This document shows, piece after piece, positions 1 through 28,443 of a stretch of 64,000 nt of DNA (within the stretch, counting starts at the first letter, position 1; every line of letters starts with the position of its first letter). The position numbers were made by a program, and so were the translations under genes. The stretch comes from Chrysomallon squamiferum (taxonomy: Eukaryota; Animalia; Mollusca). Below the pieces are notes generated by a model. The model saw only the letters and a program-made list of their open reading frames with translations, did not search any database and was not told the origin of the DNA. The stretch spans positions 5,208,001 to 5,272,000 of the forward strand of contig CM022672.1 of the NCBI GenBank assembly GCA_012295275.1, read 5' to 3'.

Positions 1-412
1 TGGTAGCTCACTGAATGTGGGTTTTGCTTTTTGGTTAAAAAGAAAACCTGGGTAATAGAATTTGTTGAAGTTAAAATGTACATTAACTTTGTAAAATGGA
101 TAAATCAGTGGATTGTAGCTCAGTGTGGTGTTTTAACTGGTTACTGTACCCAGTGGGTATGTCCTGTTCCATGACAGATTAATAATGTGATAGTATTTTT
201 ACTTTTACTATGGGAAGATGCATTTAAAACCAGTTTTTTTAATAACCAGTGGCTTAGTCACAACTGATTCCTTCTCATACATTTTCCTTATCTCACATTA
301 TGCTTTATAACATTAAAATGATTTTGGTTTCTTAGTTTTCTTTCACTTACTAATGTTTGTGTACTATGTGGAGAGTTGGTGTATCAGGACTTGTTATACA
401 ATCTGGTTACAG

Positions 413-17111
<16,699 letters not shown>

Positions 17112-17919
17112 CAAAAAACACTCTCAGTTCGGTTTGGGCCTGTCCATGTTGTGAAAAGCTACTGGTAATTTGTGTCCACTAAGCATTTATCACTCGGTAG
17201 TCTGAAGGATGTGACTTTCAAATATCCTTCAACAATCCTGGATAATCTGCAAAGGAGCTCATTTAATCCTAGATCTGAAATAAAACTGAATAATCCTAGA
17301 TACGCATTCCTTGCACTCGGAAATCCTTCATGTTCCTTGTTGACTGATGGCTGCCTTTGCTTTGATCTTGATCCAAAACAAAAAACATTTTTGTCTCATG
17401 TTCTCGTATTTATACACAGATTGCAATTCCTTGTTATGCAGTTTTACTTGGACACAAATTACCAATTTTTAAGACTAAATTTTTAACTCCTGCACGCTGA
17501 TTCAGGTGGACATGCCAGACGGAAATTTGAACGAGGGAGCAGAACAAAGGAACATAGTGAGGTGGCGGCTTGGCGAAGGATCCAAAGAACAGCTTTTATT
17601 TACAAGAATGCCAAGCTGAAAGACGTAACAGAACTGGCCTGCGATGTGATGTGACAAATGATGCCAAGGCACAGAGGGGAGCTGACTGTTTCTATTCCTG
17701 TATTAAAATACAAGACTGGGTTGTGTATTCAGCAGATTACATACACAGGTATCTGTGCCATACAGAGCATCGTTTACTGATAGTTGTTGACGTTTAAAGT
17801 CAAAGATAAACGTGGTTGTTCTACTGGATTTGTGTACATAACTTATTTGTTTGCATTGTTTTTGTTTTCACTAAATGTTGCATTTTTCTGTTAACACATC
17901 GCATTTAATCATTCCATAA

Positions 17920-17925
17920 AATAAA
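17920..17925 (+). terminator. Probable polyadenylation signal of VgR
   Basis: AATAAA followed ~15-40 nt later by a GT/T-rich tract (gtgttttgtttgttgttt). Confidence 0.55.
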
Positions 17926-19447
17926 AACTTGAAGTGCTGAAGTGTTTTGTTTTGTTGTTTGTTTTAATTGTTGTTAAAAATAATCCAAAGCACATGGGAT
18001 TTTTTTTTTTTTTTTTTGCAGTCTTGTATTTTATAATTTACAACAGTGGTGACAATTCATCAGAATATGAACTAAATGGTAAGATGATGGTGCACACTGA
18101 ATTGGGAATCATGCTGAATTTTAGGCACAATGGGTTGTACAAGTATGTATGTTCCTTGGTTTGTGAACTTACTTTTTGTAGCAGTTGCACCACACCATTT
18201 AATAGTTCTTGCATATGTTGATACTAAGAGTAAATAGTCGAATGCAAAATACATCAGTATTTTAACTTACGAAAAAAACCAGCATATTTTAATAATTTAA
18301 AAAGGTTTCATTACATTATCTTACAAATATTTTCCTAGTATAATTTGGCTAATATGGGACAACTTATTCTTGAAAATGAATTATCTTTGGCGTCTGTTCA
18401 CCATAGGTAGTGAAAATATTGGTTTATTTTCATGTGTACACGAAAATGTTTGACGCAAATAATTTTTAAAAGATCGAATCAATTTTTTATTTTTTTTATT
18501 CAATTTATTTTTATTTTTTTATTTCGATTGGGAATTTTATTTATTATATTATATTATTTTATTTTATTTTACTTCACTTTTTTTTTTTTTTATCCGAAGA
18601 AATGATTTTCATTATTTACAATTAAAAAAATTGTTTCGTCATTTAATAATTAAAATATATAAAATCTTTGTTTTAAGAAAATGCAAATGAAATAATGTCA
18701 AAATGTAAATGTATGAAATTTTCTTAAATGAAAACGAATATTGGCAAAGATTCATCGCAGTTATCGCCCCTCTATCTCTTCATCGATTTAAAAAATCGCT
18801 AAACCAAATATACATAAAATAGTTAGAAAGCAGAATTATATATATGTATGTGTGTGTGTGTGTGTGTGCGCGAGCTCTCACCTGCGAGTGTGTGTATGTG
18901 TGTTTAAAGATTAACAATAAATACATTTAAAAACAAAATGAATGGGGAATGGGATAATCTAACAGTTTTGTAAGCAACGTAATCTCCGAATTTAATCTTT
19001 CATGAAAATATTCCATTTATACGACTTATGTGAGATTTTAAAATGTATATCATGGTCAGTCTGGTTTAGGTAGACCCACGTGAAAATGTTAATATTTACT
19101 TCTCCGTGATGCGTTAAGAAAGTTCAATGGTGAAATGCGAACCCCAATTGTTGTCAGTCTTGGGTAATAAACCACTCTATTTGTTGTCCGTATCTAGATC
19201 AAGTAGTTGAAACTTTTTATTTTTTGAAATTATTAATGTCGTTTACTTAAGTATTCTTATTATTTATATAATTAAAGTGTTTTAGCTGTGGATTCATGTC
19301 TTTAAAAAGGGTCGAATTCGAGTTATAAATTTTACAGCGAGAGATAAAACCAAGAGTGAGAATTGACTTTTTATCGGTTCTCGTGTTTTCCTAAATGCAA
19401 TTATCACATCCACAACAACAACAACAACAGCAGCAACAGCAACAACA

Positions 19448-19448
<1 letters not shown>

Positions 19449-19544
<96 letters not shown>

Positions 19545-19545
19545 T
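19449..19545. repeat. (AAT)n microsatellite
   Basis: Direct observation. Confidence 0.95.
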
Positions 19546-19672
19546 AAATAAATAAATAAATTTTATAAAATTTATAAATGCAAAATAAAAATAATATTAA
19601 CCAAAATATAAAACGAATGTTCCATAGACTTTTGATTTTGTTAAATTATCAGCACGATAATAAACAAAATAA

Positions 19673-19703
<31 letters not shown>

Positions 19704-19819
19704 ACAAATAAATATATGACTCATAAAACGTATAATTAATGACAAAAAAACATGCATTAGAATATTTCATCATAAAACAAAGAGTACACTACGATTTGTT
19801 TTCGCTGTTCAGTAAAGAA

Positions 19820-19897
19820 GCCCACTTTTCTCCTGTGTCCCTCGATGTCGCCATTTTACCAACATACAGTGATCTTCACTGAGTGAAGCTGGTAAGA
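19820..19897 (+). promoter_or_regulatory. Candidate promoter and short non-coding first exon
   Basis: Pyrimidine-rich initiator-like tract, YY1-type GTCGCCATTTT at 19847-19857, strong donor CTG|GTAAGA at 19891/19892. Confidence 0.4.
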
Positions 19898-20812
19898 AAA
19901 TAGATTATTTTTTTAAATATATAAATTTATCCGTACAGTTAGTATTATTTCTTCTCTGAAGATATGTATCTGTGTGAGTTACATGTTTTATTTCCTTCAG
20001 TTGAATATACTTCAAGTCAGATAGAAACATATACTAGTTTTATCAGCTCTTGAAATGAAATCACGTAAGACAGAAATGAAGACTGTCTTTTTGTCAAATC
20101 TGAACTCGGCTTTAGTCACAGATATTGGATTTATTCATACGGTTCTCTTTAAAATGATTCCTAAAATAATTCTCGGTAATCGAAATTAAGACTGAGAATT
20201 TGAATAAACGCTAATCTATGATTACTGCAGAGTAATAACCACACAATATTAAGCACACACACACAAAGAGAGATACTGATAAACTAAACAATAGGTTTAT
20301 ACATTATAATTCAGTTATCTTCTAGTTAGTAAGTCATACAGAAAAAAAAGAGAGAGAGAAAAAAAGAGGATAAATATTAGCTTAATCGTTAATTAACAGC
20401 ATTAGAAGAAGATCCACATTTTCTTAATGTTATTGACGTAAGACATCTTCATTTATCTTGCACATGGAAATCATTATTAAAAATAGCCCAAAATATGTAA
20501 TTTTAACGTATTTATCTTTTTTATGAATGCCGCATATAATATTAACTACATACAAATTTCAAAATAATATTAATGACTGAATAGTTAGCAGCATCCGAAG
20601 ACCTATACAAACATGTTTTTGATGATTATAAATGTTTTTATTAAGTGGATACGAGAGGAGTGTACCATTGCCACAACTTCTTCAGTGGTATAGGTCTAGC
20701 AGTCTACTCTAGAGGATCGTCACAGATAACCATCATACCTATACTTAATATAGTTATATTGATTTTATGGATGTTTGATCTCCAAGTCTGTATCTGTGAG
20801 TGTCTGTATGGT

Positions 20813-20814
<2 letters not shown>

Positions 20815-20897
<83 letters not shown>
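20815..20897. repeat. (GA)n microsatellite
   Basis: Direct observation. Confidence 0.95.
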
Positions 20898-20899
<2 letters not shown>

Positions 20900-23800
20900 C
20901 TTTGAAAGTGCTACGATAACAACCAAAGTAGTGTGACAGTTATGAACTTATGTTTATTGAAATAAATGAATTATAACTTTATAACTTTAATTTATTTTTT
21001 CTTTCTTTCTAACCTTTTTTTTTTTTTTTTTAGATTTAGTTTATATTGCTTCGAACACTTTTTTTGTTGTGTATTGAATTACTGTGCTGAAAGGTTTGCC
21101 GCACACCATTTTTCTGTACCTAACAACGCGAACGTTCTCATTTTCAAGCCAAATTACTTCTTTTTTAATCAACGTCCACAAAAGTGGTCCTATCTCGTTA
21201 TGCCTAAAACATGACCAGAAGCCATTCAACTCAGCCATTTTCATTGACAAGATCTAACCAATCAGAAAGCCGAAGACATATTGGCAGCGTCTTGCATTGG
21301 CTGTCATGATTTATCACGAAGGTCCGCGAAGGGCCTGTTAAGAACGAAGCCCAGGGGAGTTTGCACAATAAGCTAAAGGAGATTAGCTTTGGAAGTATCT
21401 CCGTCACATCCAGTTTTATTGTCCATACAATAAGATTGCTTGCAAACTCTTACTAGGATTAATTGTTTCAGTTTTCTGCCTTAAGATTCAGGAATGATGA
21501 ATCAGATGAATCAAATGATTCAGTAATGATCAGATAGTCGAATGTAGAAAATCGTAAAAGAAATCGCTTGAGAGTTTTAACGTTGTATTGTTTGCTGGAT
21601 AGAATAAATCCAATTAAAAGCCATGGAGTTTTGGGGTTTTTTTTCTTCTGTTTTATCTATGCTTTAGTAATGAAACTTTATAGATACTAGCTTTAAACAC
21701 TGTTAATAATTTGCAACATGTTTCAGTTAGAATTAAAAATAATGTTTGAACCGATTTCTTTAAAGCCTGACTGAAATTTGTATGAGGTTTTACATATATA
21801 GTTTATTCGTTTTATATTGTAAACTTTTTTATTTATATTTATGTATTTATTTTGTTTACTTATTTATGTTTTAAAATAGTTTAAAAATATTCTCTTTATT
21901 TTCATTGTTAAATCCCTATCACATCTAACAAATCTTGAATTGCTGATTAATATTTTTACAAGTGAAAAAACAAAAGAAGAAAAAAGATTGACAAATGACG
22001 ATTTTAATTTTGAGCTATAGTACTGAAATGTCATGACTATCAAAATATTCTTCCATAATTCTGATTTTATTTTCATTTTATTTATGAACATGTTTAATTA
22101 TGAAATGGCATTATAATACAAAAATAATCAATGAAGTAATTGTTACTGAATTTATAATCTAAATATTTAAATTAAGTAAGTTGAGGATAGCTTTAGATAA
22201 ATGAGACATTGAATTATTTATATTTACTTGTTTATTTATATGTGTGTATGTGGATATATAATAACAGACGTACATACACGCATACATATACACAGATGAA
22301 CCCATATATATACATATACATATACTGTACAACTACTGTTCATTTCTTGTTCTTTCACTTTATTAAATTATCGGATTATTTAAATTATAGTTGTACCATC
22401 AAGTTAACTCTGTTAGTGTATTTTAAAATTAATCCTTCCATAATAATAGCAACAACAACAACAACAACCAAAACAACAACAGTAATAATAACGAAGGAAA
22501 AAATAAACATTAATTATAAATATACACACAGATTAACAAACACCCACCCATACACCACAGAATATTAAACTAAATTTTATCTCTCATTAATAAAAAAAAC
22601 AAATAATTAATTATCTATAGTAATTTTCGTATTTTATTATTTCTTTTTTAACATCTAATGTTATTTAAAACAATTGACTATTTCCATTATACCAGAATGC
22701 ACCATGCAGACAGCTAACTATGCTAATAAATTATTTTTAAAAAAATATATAAAAAAAAATTTGGCAAACAGCTGATCGACTTGCAATTTTTACGGGAACA
22801 ATTGAATTACACTCGTTAAGCATTACATCTGATATCATAACATCACTTGTTTTTATGTGCAATGTGATGTGTATTTTATTCCAGCCCATCAAAATATTGT
22901 TCCCGTTCGTCCCCCTGGTCCCACTAAACAAAACAATTCATTTCAAAATTTATTCCCGCGGGAAACAGTTCGTCGATTTATGCTTCTCGAAGCTTGTCAG
23001 AAAAGCCGTTTCGCTAACAATGTTTTTGACTTTCTCTTTAGTTACTTTGACGTTGTTCTTCGTTATTAAGCCTGGAGACAGGTTTATGTATCATATTTGT
23101 GAAATGTTATTGATTTCTTCATTCTGCGCACTTAAATTCTTGAAGTTCTGTGAAACCTTTATAGAGAAATAAATAAATATAAACAAGTAAAGTGCACACA
23201 GAGAAGTGTGTACGTTTATACACGTGTAAATAAATATGTGTATATGTAAACAAATAAACTAACGTACACACAAAAAAGTACGTACGTATGTGTGTTTGTA
23301 TCTGTGTTTGTGTGCATATTGAAATTAATAGAAAAATGACAGATAGAAAAAAAAACTTTAATGTTAGTTTCTCAAACAATTTCTATGATTTAATTCGTTG
23401 CTTTACATAAACTGTATTGAATATAATTATACTGATGATTAAAACTTACAATGATTGTTGTTGTTGTTTTTGTTGTTTTTATTTTATTTTATTTTATTTT
23501 TAATCTTATAATACTGCTGATTAAAAAATTAATATTTTCAGTTGTTTGTTTTTTTTAATCTTAAAGAAAAAGTGTTAAAATAAAAATAAAAGAAGAAAAG
23601 AAAAGAAACTGTGTCTAAGTGAACATTCAAACCACAACGATTCTGGTAAAAGCGATACGTCAAAGATACTTTAATTTTTTTTTCGTTGCGTATCTTGTTA
23701 CATATCAGCTTTCAGAAGTTTTGTTTCTGGAGTAGTCATTACTGTCTGTGTGAAATACATCCACTCATTCATTTCATCTAACTCACGAAGTTTGCTAGAA

Positions 23801-25524
23801 TCATTTCACGGTGTGTTTCTGTCACTCTACACCGGTTCATAGTTGCATTGTCTAAACTCTACACCGGTTTGTCGTAATGTATATCCGAAATTGTAGCGAC
23901 AAAAAGCTGTGTGGTCAAAAGCATTTCAACATGGTACAAATATTTTTATATCTTTTGAATAGTAAATGCCGTTCTTGTATGTCTGTATGTCGGTATGTAT
24001 ATCTCTGATTATTTGAATATCAGTTTATTTCTGTATGCTGTGTATCTACCTATCTGCCTGACTGTTTCTCAATCTGTATCTATCTACATATATTTGTCTA
24101 CTATGTCAATCTATCCATTTATTTATTCTTAAATATCTCTTGTTGTCTGTCGCAGTGGCAAATACTGAAAATAAAACGGTGTAATTCATGTTTCATTTTT
24201 GAGCTACCCAAATGTTTCGCCTTGTTGACGTCGTTGTTCATCAGAAAGTTTTAACGCGGTTATCTTCACTTGTTGAAGTAATTTCCTTTCTCGTCTGCTC
24301 TAATCTAATGTCTGTCTAATTTGTGACCTCCCAATCTGGGGGTGAAGCCTCTAGCGGGTTAGCGTTACGCTAATTTGAACGCTAAAGTTAATTTCGTTAT
24401 CACACAGTTCCTTTGAAGAAGCGGTCGGCCACTCCCGTTCCGTGGAGACCTCTTGTTCAACTTGACAAGACTTTGGTGGTTATCGCAACACTTTGAAAGT
24501 GCCCTCGATTGGCGTAACAAATTTAAAAACATCGGTCTCTTCCCGGGAGTACGTCTTTATATCGCTTGTTGAGCCCATTACTCAGGTTTAAATACTGGAG
24601 AGACTACAATTAAAAGTAATTTGTCGTTAATTATTTTTATTGTGCTCTCCTTTCTTCCATTTTACGTAGACGGAATTACGAATGGTTATTTTAGATAACA
24701 GATTAATACATGCAGGTGTACGTAACAACATGCATGCTTTTGTTGTTATTGAAGAAAATATGTTTCCAAAGTTATTGGTTTAATACTATGTGTTTGCATA
24801 GAGGGCGAGAGAAAAAAAAGAAGAGAATAAGGAATGGAGGTAGGGAAATGTTGAAAAAAGAGAGAGAGAGATGCGAAAGATGACAACAGTAGAATTGCAT
24901 ATTTTCCAAAATATTGTTATAAAATTCAATATAGATAGAATATTACTAAAACAAAAACAAAAATTAAAATGAAATAAAATATTTATAACAGCTTCAAAAA
25001 CTATAGCACGGACTAACGAAATCGCATACAAGATAATACGAATCACTCCACTTTCCCTTGACCCGTGCACCAAAACACCAAATATTCGTAATTTTGTCAC
25101 ATCCTATCTCGCCCTTTTTCTCGCTTTCATTAAATTTTTCGATTCGCTGATGTTCAGTTGTTGATGTTTATCCAACCAGACACTTCGCGCGTCTCTCTGC
25201 AAGTTCTGTGTCCCCCCCACCCCACCCCAGAAGGCCGCCAGGGTTCAGAATTGTTAATCTTTCTTCCCCTGGAGTACCTATTTAAATCAAATTCATTTTC
25301 CAGCCTCTACATGCTGAAGAGCGATGACTTTATTTGTCAGTTCCGTCGGTATCTCGCTCCTGCGCGCGATGCCCCTTGGTGCGACGGCAAAGATAGCAGA
25401 GTCCCAGGGGCAGGGGTATGATCAAATTTAATTGTCTTCCGTCTCTCGGAAATTTGGGTCACTTTCTCAAGAAACACCCCCCCCCACCCTTTACCGAAAC
25501 AGCGAACGCTAACTTTGCCAGAGA

Positions 25525-25797
25525 TTTATTATTATTATTATTTATTATTACTGTTATTATTATTATTATTGTTATTATTATTATTTAGTATTATTTATTA
25601 TTACTGTTATTATTTATTATTATTATTATTTATTATTATTTAGTATTATTTATTATTACTGTTATTATTTATTATTATTATTATTTATTATTATTACTGT
25701 TATTATTATTATTATTGTTATTATTATTATTGTTATTATTATTTATTATTATTATTTATTATTATTACTGTTATTATTATTGTTATTATTATTATTA

Positions 25798-25830
<33 letters not shown>
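25525..25830. repeat. Interrupted (TTA)n tract
   Basis: Direct observation. Confidence 0.9.
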
Positions 25831-26157
25831 TTGTTGGCTTTTTTTTACATTTAAAATTTCAATTTTGCACTATTATTTTTTTTTTTTTTAGGTACGGCTA
25901 TTGTGTCGTTATAATTATTTATGTCATGTAGAATTAGTATTTTTAATTCTGGTCTAAAACAGTGACGACTACAATAATAAAATTAATAAAATAAAGTCAC
26001 TGATTCTTCATAAATCGAATGTATTAGTTTCTACTCTACTATATTTATATAAAACGTAATTCTGCCATTAAAGACACTTACTTTGTTGTAAGAATAATAA
26101 TCTTTTTTTAATAACATAATAAGATTATTATGTACTTTTTAAGTTCGTCTTTTATTG

Positions 26158-26203
<46 letters not shown>

Positions 26204-26607
26204 TATTTTTTATTATTATTATTATTATGTTGTTGTTGTTGTTGAAAATGTTGTTTTTGTTGTTGTTGTTTAATTTGGTACGCTTTAATTTACTTTGTGC
26301 CTGTATGACCGTGTATCTTGCTGTCTCTTTGTGTGTTTGTCTCTCTATTTGTCTCTCTTTGCGTGTCTCTGCGTCTTTCTGTCAGTCACTGCTGCTTATG
26401 TTTCTAGTGATACGCTTACCTCTGTTATAACAAGAAACACCTCATATTAATCAAGCTAATAAATAAATAAATAAATAAATAAATAAAAAATAAAAAATAA
26501 AAAATAAAAAATAAAATAAAATAAAATAAAATGAAAAACAAAAATAAAAAATTAATAATTATAAAATAAAATAAAATAAAATAAACAAATAAATAATAAC
26601 AATAATT

Positions 26608-26678
<71 letters not shown>

Positions 26679-27441
26679 AATAAATAAATAAATAAAAAAC
26701 ATTGACAACACCCCAGATGTATGACATGCGCTGTTACTACGAGTAATACTATTAAAACTACATCTTGTAGTTATTTGTTACAGCACGGACCAGACTGTTA
26801 CTAACGATTAATAATAATTAAAACAAAAATTAAGACACGGAAATGTTGGGCAAAAATTGTCGGTCGTCCTCTAATATCGTAATTGGAACGAACGTGCACG
26901 ACGAGCGCATCACGTGACCACGTGCCGGCATTCAGCAGCCCGCTAATAGCCACGTGGCTTTAATGGCTAATTGGGGAAAACGACAAGTATGCCTCGCGTG
27001 GTAATCTGAAATTTCAGTATTGGGAAATGATTAGAAACTATTGGTTTCAGTTCAGAAGTTATGTATGACTATTCAGAAGTGAAATTAATTTTTCCAAAGA
27101 AGTTGAATCACGGAAAGGGATTGGGTCATGATGATGGGGCGACAGGCACGACCTGCAGGAGATCGTTAGAAAATAATTTCATGGTTTTCTGGCACACTCG
27201 AGATTAAAAGAGAAATGATTTGAAACGTGGAGAATGTTATTTTCAAATGACTGGATTCGTATAGGTTATCGAAAATTTCAGAGAAAGTGTGAATAAGAAA
27301 TGTCTGTGTGAATATGTATGGACGTATTTTTACACATGTGAAATATGTAGTTATGTATATTTGTAAGCACATTCAGTTTTCATTTTTTTACTTTTTATTA
27401 TTTTACTACTACTACTGCAATTATTATTATTGTTATTATTG

Positions 27442-27474
<33 letters not shown>

Positions 27475-28157
27475 TTAATTGCAGCTCGGTATATTAAGAG
27501 ACATAAATAGATATATGTACATTTAATGGTTTCATCGACTGGGTATAATTGTACATATGTATGTATGTATATGTATGTATATATGTATGTATGTATGTGT
27601 GTGTATGTAAGTATGTATGTATGTATGCGTTTGTGTGCATGTATGTATGTATGTATGTGTGTATACATGTATGTAGGTAGGTCCACAAACACAAATAAAT
27701 GTATCGTATATTCACTTCTGCATGTGTACACCTATCCAAAACCCACACAATTATTCTGTATATACACAAACACTCACAGAAGCACGTACACACACACATC
27801 TATCTTTTTTCTACGATCTGTATTTACGAACTTTTCGTACCTGCTGGAATATACATATCAGTTATTAAAGACAACATTCTTAAAACGTGCTGTAAAAACA
27901 CATGCAGAGAATATCATTTAAAAAAAAAATCAAAAAAAAAAAAAATCACTTTTCTCAACCTTATGATTTGGGTTATAACTGCCCAGCGCTGTTGTCAATC
28001 ACAGAGTCAAAAACCAGCGCACGTTGCAAACCTTGCAGGAACCGCGAAGAAGTGATCTGAAACGAAGCGTGCCATTCCCGTCCGCGAAACACGAAAACAT
28101 CCAGTTTGATGACGTTGTCAGGTGAATTCTTACAGCCGATAGCGGTAATCGTTGTGT

Positions 28158-28158
<1 letters not shown>

Positions 28159-28252
<94 letters not shown>

Positions 28253-28443
28253 TGTGTGTGTGAGTGTGTGCGTGCGTGTGGGTGTGTGAGCGTGTGTGAG
28301 TGTGTGTGTCTGTGTGTGTGAGTGTGTGCGTGTGTGTTTGTGAGTGTGTGAGTGTGTGTGTGTGTGAGTGTGTGAGTGAGTGCGTGTGAGTGTGTGTGTC
28401 TGTGTGTGTGTGCGTGCGTGTGTGTGTGTGTGAGTGTGTGTGT
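28159..28443. repeat. Interrupted (TG)n microsatellite
   Basis: Direct observation. Confidence 0.95.

Noticed and set aside
18760-18780. Possible CTCF site at the CpG boundary (minus strand GATAGAGGGGCGATA)
   Set aside because: Spacing between AG and GGC is off by one and the 5' CC is missing; too weak.
21494-21600. ATGATGA box C-like motif (possible snoRNA)
   Set aside because: No CTGA box D at a suitable distance and no terminal stem.
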